Source of the DNA: an uncultured Methanosarcinales archaeon | GTDB lineage: Archaea; Nanobdellota; Nanobdellia; Woesearchaeales; UBA9642 | Direction: 5' to 3' | Assembly: GCA_964545585.1 (NCBI GenBank) | Contig: CAZJFT010000001.1 | Coordinates: forward strand, 6,056 to 70,055 | Length of the DNA: 64,000 nt | In this document: piece by piece, positions 55,719 through 64,000 of the stretch | Position numbering within the stretch: position 1 is the stretch's first letter | Layout of the letters: the number at the start of each line of letters is the position of its first letter | Position numbers and translations under genes: made by a program | The notes under the pieces: generated by a model | Databases searched by the model: none | Told to the model about the DNA's origin: nothing | What the model saw: only the letters and a program-made list of their open reading frames with translations

Positions 55719-56357
55719 ATGGTCAAGCCTGCAATAATCATTGATTTGAATGGTGCATTGATCAAGCAGAGGCCTTTTGATATTGCACATAAGGAATGGT
55801 TCAGGGTGATGGCTGAACTTATAAGGGATCATTCTATAAATGAGTTCGCATTCAAGGAAGACTACTTCAAGGATGTGCAAGAGATAATGAAGAAATACCT
55901 TGGAGACATAGATATAAAGACCAGAAATGCTTTCGCAAGGAATATCTATTCCATGATGGTCGTCGAATCAATAAAGAAGTGGGACTTAGTGGAGGATTTT
56001 GCAGAATACTTGCATAATATAAAGAAAAGATTTTCTATTGTGCTTATCACTTCTGCGCCTACAGCAGCAATAAACGGCATCCTTGAGAAGATAAACTGTA
56101 CTGACTTGTTCGATATAGTATCTGCAAGTCCCATGGAAGAAGTCCCGAGCAAGAAGGAATTGATAGAATTATTCATCAAGAAACACGGAAAACCACTCTT
56201 CTACATCGGCCAAGGGGACAAGGACATTCTCACGTGCAAGGAATTCGGCATAAAAACTATAGTCGTCGATTGGGCAAAACCAGCCGAACATAAAGGAAAC
56301 TTCGAAGCGCATAATGTTGATGAATTAGGGAAGATAGTTGAAAGATTTGTGATGTGA
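55719..56357 (+). CDS. HAD-superfamily hydrolase
   Basis: 212 aa; motif I IIDLNGAL; C-terminal GQGDKD motif IV-like. Confidence 0.55.
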   Translation: MVKPAIIIDLNGALIKQRPFDIAHKEWFRVMAELIRDHSINEFAFKEDYFKDVQEIMKKYLGDIDIKTRNAFARNIYSMMVVESIKKWDLVEDFAEYLHNIKKRFSIVLITSAPTAAINGILEKINCTDLFDIVSASPMEEVPSKKELIELFIKKHGKPLFYIGQGDKDILTCKEFGIKTIVVDWAKPAEHKGNFEAHNVDELGKIVERFVM

Positions 56358-56361
56358 ACAA

Positions 56362-56937
56362 TTATTTTAGGAACAATCGGTCAAATTTATCGAGAATACC
56401 GTTGTCTATGGAATTCTTAAACCTATCCACTAGTCTTTGCTCATCCTTGACTGCGAAGTCAGGATCGTATTTTTCTTTTCCGACCGGAGAAGATTCTCTT
56501 ATGAGACTCCCTTTCTCATAGACTTGAAATTTAGGCAACGCCCATCTTTTCCCTTCGTACATGGCAATCAAAGGCATGTGGGTTATTTGACTGAGTCCTT
56601 TGCTTATATTTATAATATTCTCAATTTCAGGGTAATGCATCGTCAGATATTCGTTAAAACCTGGCCCATAGAGGTAAGCTGCCTTAAAATCACTTACATC
56701 TAGCCTATAAAAAAGCGAGAAATGAGGCTGTTTCGGCAATTCTATCTCCGAGGTCTCTAGCAATTTCTTTAGTGTTTGTGGGGTGTGCGTCTCTTCAACA
56801 TCATAGATATAGCAAAAAATATCAGAGGTTGGAGTGAACATGTGTCCGTCAACACCATTCTCCAAGAGGAGTTTCTCCACATCGTGCAGATTGAACGAAG
56901 GATTTTCTGGCAGTCCACTGAATTTTATTATATCCAT
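56362..56937 (-). CDS. Hypothetical protein
   Basis: 191 aa ORF. Confidence 0.4.
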   Translation of the reverse strand: MDIIKFSGLPENPSFNLHDVEKLLLENGVDGHMFTPTSDIFCYIYDVEETHTPQTLKKLLETSEIELPKQPHFSLFYRLDVSDFKAAYLYGPGFNEYLTMHYPEIENIINISKGLSQITHMPLIAMYEGKRWALPKFQVYEKGSLIRESSPVGKEKYDPDFAVKDEQRLVDRFKNSIDNGILDKFDRLFLK

Positions 56938-57262
56938 AATTTGAGATATTGGGGGAAAATATATATTTTCCTAATTATCACTCCTTTCAAGTTTCCACAT
57001 GAAATGCAGGGGTTGTTTTTGTATACTGATGCATGAAATATGGCATATTCTGTGCTCAAAATCGAAAATTTAAGCACTCCATAGGAAGTAAAGGTTTGTC
57101 TCATTAAAATGACAGCAAGCCCTCATTTCGCATGGAAGTTTTTAAGTATAAAACGTGCTTACACAGGACAACCAATCATAGCATTTATAAATAAACAGAC
57201 ATTCCTATTTATAAAGACATTAATAAACCAAATAACCTGTATCGGTTAGGGGGAAGTAAAAA

Positions 57263-57841
57263 ATGGCAAAAAAACCAGCAAAGAAAACATCAGAAAAGAA
57301 CCAGGAAACAACAAAAGAGCTTCAGATAGTGAACATTGTTGTAAGTTCTTCACTTGAGCATAATATTCCATTAGAAAAAATGGCAGCAACATTAAGCAAC
57401 ACAGAATATAATCCGGAACAATTCCCCGGATTAGTGATAAGGATAAAGGATCCGAAGACATCAGCATTGATATTCAGCTCAGGAAAAATAGTATGCACGG
57501 GAGCAAGAAGCATACAAAAAGTTGAAGAGTCAATACAGAAGATAATCGAAAGCCTACAAAAGATCGGAATAAAGATAACAATCAAACCGAAAATAACAAT
57601 ACAGAACATGGTCGCAGCAGGAAGCATCGGAATGGACCTAAACTTGAACAATCTAGCAATGAAGCTTCCAAATACAGAATATGAACCAGAGCAATTCCCG
57701 GGATTAGTATACAAGCTTATTGAGGCTAAGGCAACATTCTTGCTTTTCAGCAACGGAAAAGTCGTATGTACAGGAACAAAATCCGAAGAAGAAGCAAGAC
57801 AGGCATTAGACAAGCTAGTCACGATATTGAAGAAAATATAG
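57263..57841 (+). CDS. tbp: TATA-box binding protein
   Basis: 192 aa; two direct repeats with IVNIVVSSSLEHNI...EQFPGLVIRIK...ALIFSSGKIVCTGARS and MVAAGSIGMDLNL...EQFPGLVYKL...FLLFSNGKVVCTGTKS. Confidence 0.9.
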   Translation: MAKKPAKKTSEKNQETTKELQIVNIVVSSSLEHNIPLEKMAATLSNTEYNPEQFPGLVIRIKDPKTSALIFSSGKIVCTGARSIQKVEESIQKIIESLQKIGIKITIKPKITIQNMVAAGSIGMDLNLNNLAMKLPNTEYEPEQFPGLVYKLIEAKATFLLFSNGKVVCTGTKSEEEARQALDKLVTILKKI

Positions 57842-57961
57842 TTCCGAAAAATATTCGAAAAAAAGATAACAACTTTTTTATTTTATAATTTTTAAACAAT
57901 CTAAAAATGATTTAGGGGGAGGATGGAAGTTTAGCCATCGGCTGGACTCTCCTAAAACTTT

Positions 57962-59974
57962 ATGGACGTTACAGAACAGATAGATAAGTTTCATGAATTC
58001 TTCGACCTGATATACAAGAAACAATTACATCAGGCAATGTCAAAAGGAGATAAATCCATATCGATAAACTTCAGTGAATTGAGCAAGTTCAACCTAGATC
58101 TTGCGCAAGACGTGATAGAGAATCCTGAAGACACCATAAGAGCCGCAGAGATAAGCATCGAGCAATTCGGTTTCAACATCAAGGATTTCAAAGTGAGGAT
58201 AAGGAATCTTCCAAAGACACAACAGGAGATGATACGTAACATAAGAAGTGTCCATCTAGAAAAGTTCATACAAGTGATGGGCATAATACGACAGAAATCA
58301 GATGTCAGACCACAAGTCACTTCGGCACGTTTTGAATGCCCAAGCTGCGGGAATACATTGACGGTGCTTCAGTTCGATACAAAATTTAGGGAGCCGACAA
58401 AATGCGGATGCGGAAGGAAGGGAAAATTCAAACTAATAAGCAAGGAGATGATTGATGCACAAAAAATAGTTCTTGAAGAGGCTCCTGAAGAGCTTGAAGG
58501 TTCAGAACAGCCTAAAAGGCTTGATGTATTCTTGAAATCCGATTTAGTCAGTCCGATGTCTGAAAAGAAGACGAATCCGGGGTCTAAGAACATAATAACA
58601 GGGGTGTTGAAGGAAGTCCCCATAATAGCAAGAGACGGCGGGAAGCTTACACGATTCGACCTTATGCTAGAGGCAAACCATGTGGAATCTGTTGCTGAAG
58701 ATTTTACAGAATTAGAGATAACTCCTGAAGAGATAAAAGACATAAAAGAGTTGTCAGAAGACCCTAAACTTACAAAAAGACTTATCAATTCCGTAGCTCC
58801 ATCAATATATGGACATGATAAAGTCAAGGAAGCATTGATATTGCAATTATTCGGCGGCGTCCGAAAAAAGAAAGACGATGGATCTGTCACCAGAGGAGAC
58901 ATACATGTCCTTTTGATAGGAGACCCTGGTTCCGGAAAAAGCCAGATGTTAAAAAGGGTCTCGATTGTTGCACCTAAATCAAGATATGTATCAGGAAAAG
59001 GAGCAAGCGCAGCAGGACTCACAGCGACAGTTGTCAAGGATGAATTCTTAAGAGGATACGCATTAGAGGCAGGAGCTTTAGTGTTGACGAACAGAGGAAT
59101 ATGCTGCATAGATGAGCTCGACAAGATGACTAAAGAGGACACTAGCGCAATGCATGAAGCGTTAGAGCAGCAGACCATTTCCATAAACAAGGCCAACATC
59201 TCAGCAACATTGCGTGCAGAGACGACAGTTCTTGCGGCAGCAAATCCTAAATTCGGAAGGTTTGATCCCTATGAATTAATACCTAAACAGATAGAGCTTC
59301 CTTCCACATTGATCAACAGATTCGATCTGATATTCCCTATAAGAGACATCCCTAACAAAGCAAAGGACGAGAGGACTGCAGACTTCATATTGAAATTGCA
59401 TAAGGAAGCGTCTGGTGGAGAGATAGATATCCCTACACAGGTGCTCAAGAAATACATTGCTTATGCAAGACAGAACATAAATCCTCAGATGACAGACGGC
59501 GCATTGGAAGAGATAAAAGAATATTATGTTAAGATGCGATCAACAGGAGAGGGAGAAGAAGGATATAAATCCATCCCGATATCTGCAAGACAATTAGAGG
59601 CGTTGATAAGATTGAGCGAAGCAAGCGCAAGATCAAGATTGTCAGATAAAGTGACTAAACCGGATGCGAAGAGAGCCATAGAGCTCGTGCACTTCTGTCT
59701 ATCTCAGATAGGCGTGGACCCTGAGACTGGAAAATTAGACATCGACAGGATAACGACCGGGATAACTGCAAGCCAGAGAGGAATAATCGCCACGATAAAA
59801 GAGATAATACACGATCTAGAAGGACAGATAGGAAAACAGATACCGATTGACGATATAGTCATGAAGGCAAAAGACAAAGGGATAGACCAGGACAAGACAG
59901 AAGAGATACTCGATAGGCTGAAGAAGGCAGGAGACATATTCGCTCCGAGACCTAACTTCATAAGCAGATTATAA
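57962..59974 (+). CDS. mcm: MCM replicative helicase
   Basis: 670 aa; Zn finger CPSCGN...CGCG; Walker A GDPGSGKSQ, Walker B CIDELDKM, arginine finger SARQLEALIRLSEA; C-terminal wH. Confidence 0.9.
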   Translation: MDVTEQIDKFHEFFDLIYKKQLHQAMSKGDKSISINFSELSKFNLDLAQDVIENPEDTIRAAEISIEQFGFNIKDFKVRIRNLPKTQQEMIRNIRSVHLEKFIQVMGIIRQKSDVRPQVTSARFECPSCGNTLTVLQFDTKFREPTKCGCGRKGKFKLISKEMIDAQKIVLEEAPEELEGSEQPKRLDVFLKSDLVSPMSEKKTNPGSKNIITGVLKEVPIIARDGGKLTRFDLMLEANHVESVAEDFTELEITPEEIKDIKELSEDPKLTKRLINSVAPSIYGHDKVKEALILQLFGGVRKKKDDGSVTRGDIHVLLIGDPGSGKSQMLKRVSIVAPKSRYVSGKGASAAGLTATVVKDEFLRGYALEAGALVLTNRGICCIDELDKMTKEDTSAMHEALEQQTISINKANISATLRAETTVLAAANPKFGRFDPYELIPKQIELPSTLINRFDLIFPIRDIPNKAKDERTADFILKLHKEASGGEIDIPTQVLKKYIAYARQNINPQMTDGALEEIKEYYVKMRSTGEGEEGYKSIPISARQLEALIRLSEASARSRLSDKVTKPDAKRAIELVHFCLSQIGVDPETGKLDIDRITTGITASQRGIIATIKEIIHDLEGQIGKQIPIDDIVMKAKDKGIDQDKTEEILDRLKKAGDIFAPRPNFISRL

Positions 59975-60005
59975 AAAAAATTCAAAAAAATAAAACAATA
60001 TCAAA

Positions 60006-60641
60006 ATGCCAGAAGACCAAAAATCCGAATTCAAGAGACAGACTGCATACAAATGCAGCATCAAAGACTTGAATAATGGAGTTTTTGTAAAGAGGCCCGG
60101 ATGGGAGTCAAGTTATTTGATGACTGATTACGGCGATTTCTCAAGAGTGAACATAATAGCAGTAATAGTAGGAAAAGATGAAGGTACGATAACAATAGAT
60201 GATGGCACAGGACAGATAATTGCAAGAGTATTCGACAGGACAGAATTGATAAATGATGTGATTGTCGGAGATCCGGTGTTGTTGATAGCTAGGCCGCGAG
60301 AGTATAATGCCCAAATATATCTCACAATAGATTTGATAAAAAAAATAAACGACAAGGGATGGATAGCATACAGGAAGAAAGAGCTATCGCTGATAAAAAA
60401 AATCCGCGACACAGCGAAGCCTGAAGTGAAGAGAGAAGCTGAAGAAGTACAGAGCGAGAGCACGATGAATTCTAAAGAGCGCATAATCTCTCTGATAAAA
60501 GAACTTGACAACGGACAAGGAGCGGACATGGATGAGGTCATACGCTTCTCGAAGATAAAGAATGCTGAAGACATAATAAAAGATTTCATCCTAAAAGGAG
60601 AAGCGTTCGAATTGAGGCCGGGAAAGATAAAATTGATGTGA
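60006..60641 (+). CDS. OB-fold + winged-helix protein (RPA32/RPA2-like)
   Basis: 211 aa; OB-fold pattern VNIIAVIVGKDEGTITIDDGTGQIIARVFDRTE...GDPVLLIARP; C-terminal wH ISLIKELDNGQGADMDEVIRFS; directly downstream of mcm. Confidence 0.5.
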   Translation: MPEDQKSEFKRQTAYKCSIKDLNNGVFVKRPGWESSYLMTDYGDFSRVNIIAVIVGKDEGTITIDDGTGQIIARVFDRTELINDVIVGDPVLLIARPREYNAQIYLTIDLIKKINDKGWIAYRKKELSLIKKIRDTAKPEVKREAEEVQSESTMNSKERIISLIKELDNGQGADMDEVIRFSKIKNAEDIIKDFILKGEAFELRPGKIKLM

Positions 60642-61532
60642 TTACGCAAAGAACATCGGCGTCACATACACTTCTAATATTGCTGCAATGAATGTTATAA
60701 CGAGCGCAAGCATCATCAGGTCTGCCGCATCCAATATGACGTGTTCAAATTTTCTGGTAGCCACATCATGATTTATTATTGCGATGCTTATTATTCCTCC
60801 AGCAAGTGCGCCTACAAAATATGCAAGTATCTCTGGAAAACCGTGAATCACATACTTGAACAACCCTATTGATACGACAGAGAAGTATGCCCCTATGCCT
60901 GCGCCACCTGCCTGTGCAGCCAATGCAGCAATATTGCTCCTTATGAAATTACCTATGGCTGTGCCTATGACTGAGGCATTCCATAATAGTATGAATATTG
61001 CTCCGGCGCCATAAAGAAAACTGAACAGGATACAAAAAAGCAAGACCTTGACGTTATTGAAGAATATCTTTGAGAACACATTGAACGATGTGGCGCTTCC
61101 TGTGACTACATTGCCTGTTATTGTGCCCTGTGACATTTCAGTGGTCCGTCCATTTATTGCGATTATTGTAGATGTTTGGCTCTCAAAAAGTACAGATATG
61201 GTGCTTGATGGGAGAACAACATACCAGAATACGAATGCGAGGGTCGCTCCTAAAAAAAGGTACATGAATGCGGAAAGTGCCTTCCAATGCTCTTTGAGCA
61301 ATATCACTTCAGATGTGTCAGTCAGGTCCTTCTCCTCCTCCATCTTAATCAATTTATACATCAAAGGGATGGACGCTATTGTCGCGAGGAATACCATGAA
61401 CAGGCTAGAATACTGCTTGAATATCATGTAAGCAAGAAACATTGCAAGACTTGTGTATATGAATCCTAGAAATGTCAACAAACCTGGCTTGTTCTCGGCC
61501 TTTTCTGGACTTATCAAAGATTCTAAAACCAT
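60642..61532 (-). CDS. Polytopic membrane protein (possibly SpoIIM/DUF95-like)
   Basis: 296 aa; 6+ TM helices. Confidence 0.35.
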   Translation of the reverse strand: MVLESLISPEKAENKPGLLTFLGFIYTSLAMFLAYMIFKQYSSLFMVFLATIASIPLMYKLIKMEEEKDLTDTSEVILLKEHWKALSAFMYLFLGATLAFVFWYVVLPSSTISVLFESQTSTIIAINGRTTEMSQGTITGNVVTGSATSFNVFSKIFFNNVKVLLFCILFSFLYGAGAIFILLWNASVIGTAIGNFIRSNIAALAAQAGGAGIGAYFSVVSIGLFKYVIHGFPEILAYFVGALAGGIISIAIINHDVATRKFEHVILDAADLMMLALVITFIAAILEVYVTPMFFA

Positions 61533-61581
61533 TATTTAACAGCAGAAAGTATATTTATAAAGTTATTTATGAGTAAATAGT

Positions 61582-61998
61582 TTATGCATAATAGTCTTTG
61601 AAATTAGTCCTTTCAGAAGTTACCCTTCTTACTTCATATTCTGATTGCGGTATGCCTGCATCATGGAATTCTGAATGGACAAGTTCATGAGTTAGTGTAA
61701 TATATTTTTCCGGCCCCGGAAGATTCCTTAAGACATAAGGTTTTGAATTTCCGGGGATAAACATCCCTTTGACCACAAAATCTGTTCCTGCGGCTATGAA
61801 ATCGACTTCGTGAGCGGAATACTCGGGGATTTGCGTCTTGTACTTCATATAAGGTGTAGACGTGGAATAGAACTGTGGCAGAATATCGGCCGAGACATTC
61901 ATGTTGCCATCTTTCTGAGGGATCTTTGCAGAATCTACAATGCCATCTAATGAAACGCTCGAGACATCCCTTCTTCCAGAATAATTTATTATTACCAC
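61582..61998 (-). CDS. Small protein with HExxH motif (putative Zn metallopeptidase-like)
   Basis: 138 aa; TLTHELVHSEFHDAG. Confidence 0.35.
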   Translation of the reverse strand: MVIINYSGRRDVSSVSLDGIVDSAKIPQKDGNMNVSADILPQFYSTSTPYMKYKTQIPEYSAHEVDFIAAGTDFVVKGMFIPGNSKPYVLRNLPGPEKYITLTHELVHSEFHDAGIPQSEYEVRRVTSERTNFKDYYA

Positions 61999-62056
61999 AA
62001 TATAGGATGATTTGATGTATATAAAAGATTTGTGAAATATAAAATATTTTTAAAAC

Positions 62057-62503
62057 ATGAAAAGATTTATAAGTGAAATAAAATTCGCAAGGGATATGGA
62101 TTATGAACTGATGCTTGAGCGTGGAAAGAAGAATCTGCCAGAAATAACTCTTGCTTCAGAAAGGTTTGTCGTGCCTAAAGTGACCGGCCACCTGGAAGGT
62201 AACAAGACTGTGATAAGTAATTTCTTCCAGATAGCATCTACACTAGGAAGAACACCTGAGCATTTGCTTAAGTTCATATCGAGAGAGACTGCGGCAAAAG
62301 GAGAAATAAAAAGGCAGTTGCTAGTTTTTAATACAAAAATACCTAGTTCTAAGATAAATGAAAAGATAGAGCAATACGTCGATCAATTCGTCATGTGCAA
62401 AGAATGTGGCAAACCCGACACAAAACTCTCAAAAGAAGGGATAGTCACATTCATGCGCTGCCAAGCATGCGGCGCGAAGACAGTGATCAAGTCTAAGATA
62501 TGA
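62057..62503 (+). CDS. eif2b: Translation initiation factor 2 beta subunit (aIF2-beta)
   Basis: 148 aa; C-terminal zinc ribbon CKECGKPDTKLSKEGIVTFMRCQACGA, typical of aIF2-beta. Confidence 0.8.
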   Translation: MKRFISEIKFARDMDYELMLERGKKNLPEITLASERFVVPKVTGHLEGNKTVISNFFQIASTLGRTPEHLLKFISRETAAKGEIKRQLLVFNTKIPSSKINEKIEQYVDQFVMCKECGKPDTKLSKEGIVTFMRCQACGAKTVIKSKI

Positions 62504-62543
62504 AAGTCCTGATGTATATAATATAAATTTCTTTTCTAAAATA

Positions 62544-64000
62544 TTACCCGAACCATCTTCCCAGTCCTGCCTGGCTTTCTGCTTCCTTACCAAAATAATT
62601 CTCTATCCTTTGTTTTGTCAATTCTATAGTCTGTGTCAAATATGCAGGAATCTTGAACTTCTCGCCGAGACTGATCGTAGGTTCAAGATATTTTATTATC
62701 GAGCCTTCTGAAATAGTGAATATTATTTTCCCGTTGCATTTTATGCATCGTCCAATGAGCGGCGGACGCCTGTATTTCTCGTTGCAATTGCTGCACCTGA
62801 ACTGCTGCGTAGAGAATTTCCTCAAGTTTCCTTTGATATCCCTTATGAAGTGTTTTTCTATGACAAGTCTCGCCACATCCCCGCTATCTACTGCACGTAT
62901 CTTCATTGCCAAATCCATCTGGCCAAAAAGCTTCTCCTCCATAGAGGGCAATAGCTTATATTCGGAGCAGAGAATACCTGCATTGAAATCTTCAGTATCA
63001 TGTGTGAAACCCATCCCTTCATACTGCAGAGGCGTACCTATATGCCTGCCCATCTGGTTTATCTTTATGGTGTGTGCAGGCTTGAATTCTTTTGCGGCCT
63101 CATATAATTCTAAAGGATATCTCCATCCTATATCCAGATCGAACACCATATCATCTACTTCTGCAGGATTCAATATGTATGTCAAGACTAAGGGCGCGTC
63201 CATCGTCGCGCCTCTCTTGTTGGAAAGGTATTCCTTAGAGAAATTAAGCAATCCATCCAGGAGGAGCAATATGCACGATTCATCTCCGTCTGCATCTCTT
63301 CTCATGGCTGCATGGAACATCGGATGTGCAAGATATGCCTGCGTCTTAGAAAAACCTATTATCCTGCCGAGTATGCCTGCAGATGTGTGTGGCGCCAATC
63401 CTATGACTGCCTGACCTACCAAGTCCTCTTTTGATTTCAATCTATAATAGGGCTTTTGACCATATAATTTCTCTAGCAGCTCATCTATGAAATTTGCTGT
63501 CCTGAACAATACTTCGTCTGCGGGCTCATCAGGGCTATCGGGACTGCAGGGCAGCACTATATCTTGCGGTTTCAACTCTAAGACCTGGTCTTCACGCTCT
63601 AAGGGCCGACCTTTAGTGTCATGTGTATATCCTAATCTCTTCAACCTATCTATGCCTACAGCTATCTCCTTCGGCTTGAAATGAGTCAAAGGGACCTCAG
63701 ATATATCATACCTTATCGTCCCGTCTTTGAAGACTGAAACGCTATGTTTGGCGCGCAATATCCCTTTAACCAAATGCTCTGGAACGTGATTTATGTTCGC
63801 AGTACCTTTTATGCCTTTTATCATGTCAGGATATATCTTGGTGTTGAGTTTCTTCAACATGAAAGGGAATATCTCGTTTATATTTATAGGATAATTTGCG
63901 TAAGGGAATTTCTGGTGGGATTCATTCTTGCAATCGACATCTTTACATTCTCTGCAATACATCTTTTTCTCTGCAGGCTTATCACAGATTTCACATATAG
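62544..64000 (-). CDS. polD2: DNA polymerase D large subunit DP2 (PolD2), C-terminal ~485 aa; gene continues beyond window end
   Basis: Frame stays open upstream of the annotated Met through position 64000 (…ICEICDKPAEKKMYCRECKDVDC…); RNAP-like two-barrel catalytic motif AAMRRDADGDE (DxDGD); several CxxC zinc modules. Confidence 0.6.
   Translation of the reverse strand, partial: ICEICDKPAEKKMYCRECKDVDCKNESHQKFPYANYPININEIFPFMLKKLNTKIYPDMIKGIKGTANINHVPEHLVKGILRAKHSVSVFKDGTIRYDISEVPLTHFKPKEIAVGIDRLKRLGYTHDTKGRPLEREDQVLELKPQDIVLPCSPDSPDEPADEVLFRTANFIDELLEKLYGQKPYYRLKSKEDLVGQAVIGLAPHTSAGILGRIIGFSKTQAYLAHPMFHAAMRRDADGDESCILLLLDGLLNFSKEYLSNKRGATMDAPLVLTYILNPAEVDDMVFDLDIGWRYPLELYEAAKEFKPAHTIKINQMGRHIGTPLQYEGMGFTHDTEDFNAGILCSEYKLLPSMEEKLFGQMDLAMKIRAVDSGDVARLVIEKHFIRDIKGNLRKFSTQQFRCSNCNEKYRRPPLIGRCIKCNGKIIFTISEGSIIKYLEPTISLGEKFKIPAYLTQTIELTKQRIENYFGKEAESQAGLGRWFG

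Noticed and set aside
57842-57961. Hairpin GGAGGATGGaagtttagCCATCggctggaCTCTCC just upstream of the mcm start as a possible ncRNA or ORB element
   Set aside because: It is a short, imperfect stem in a 120-bp spacer that also carries a plausible TATA and RBS. There is no repeated ORB-like motif set. Most simply it is 5' UTR structure.
1-64000. Looked for CRISPR arrays (regularly spaced direct repeats of 24-40 bp) and cas genes near the Cas4-like ORF
   Set aside because: No repeat-spacer periodicity anywhere in the window. The only Cas-related gene is a standalone Cas4/DUF83-family nuclease, which is common outside CRISPR loci.

Overview
This window is an AT-rich archaeal chromosomal segment, most likely from a small-genome DPANN/Nanoarchaeota-like lineage. 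The lineage call is a judgement based on the gene content described below.

The gene set is archaeal information-processing machinery: MCM helicase, the C-terminal half of PolD large subunit DP2 (runs off the 3' edge), a fused PriS–PriL-CTD primase, GyrA, FEN-1, Hjc, TBP, TFS, PAN, aIF2-beta, tRNA splicing endonuclease EndA, RNase Z, RNase P Rpp30, RNase J, Trp-tRNA synthetase, and the wyosine enzymes Taw1 and Trm5. Genes are densely packed, mostly with short intergenic gaps and frequent ATGA-type start/stop overlaps. There is a single tRNA gene: tRNA-Leu(CAA), on the minus strand, apparently carrying two introns. No CRISPR array and no rRNA gene are present.

Accessory content:
- An alpha-glucan pair: a GH13 amylase-family enzyme with an overlapping GT-B glycosyltransferase.
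- Zinc and membrane quality-control modules: Zur/Fur with a ZIP transporter and a Fur-box-like palindrome, plus LemA–HtpX.
- A lamin-tail-domain surface protein rich in N-glycosylation sequons.
- A 2TM potassium channel.
- A co-directional run of nucleases interleaved with two PRC-barrel paralogs: a PD-(D/E)xK enzyme, Hjc, a membrane-anchored DNase I-like enzyme and a standalone Cas4-like protein.

The most unusual region is 42.7–46.6 kb. It begins with an antitoxin–RelE-like toxin–tyrosine recombinase operon. Downstream lie four small membrane/secreted-protein genes. Three of them are each bracketed by their own pair of 12–15 bp perfect or near-perfect inverted repeats. The GC-rich spacers between the genes are mosaics of shared blocks that occur in both orientations. 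I read this as a candidate recombinase-driven invertible (shufflon-like) surface-gene locus.

Other oddities:
- three tandem paralogous coiled-coil protein genes;
- a small basic protein built from an internal tandem duplication;
- a site-2-protease homolog with its HExxH motif destroyed;
- an ORF-free ~1 kb stretch downstream of an orphan gyrA;
- two 19-bp palindromic operator-like sites upstream of a wHTH gene;
- a 76-nt GC-rich hairpin element.
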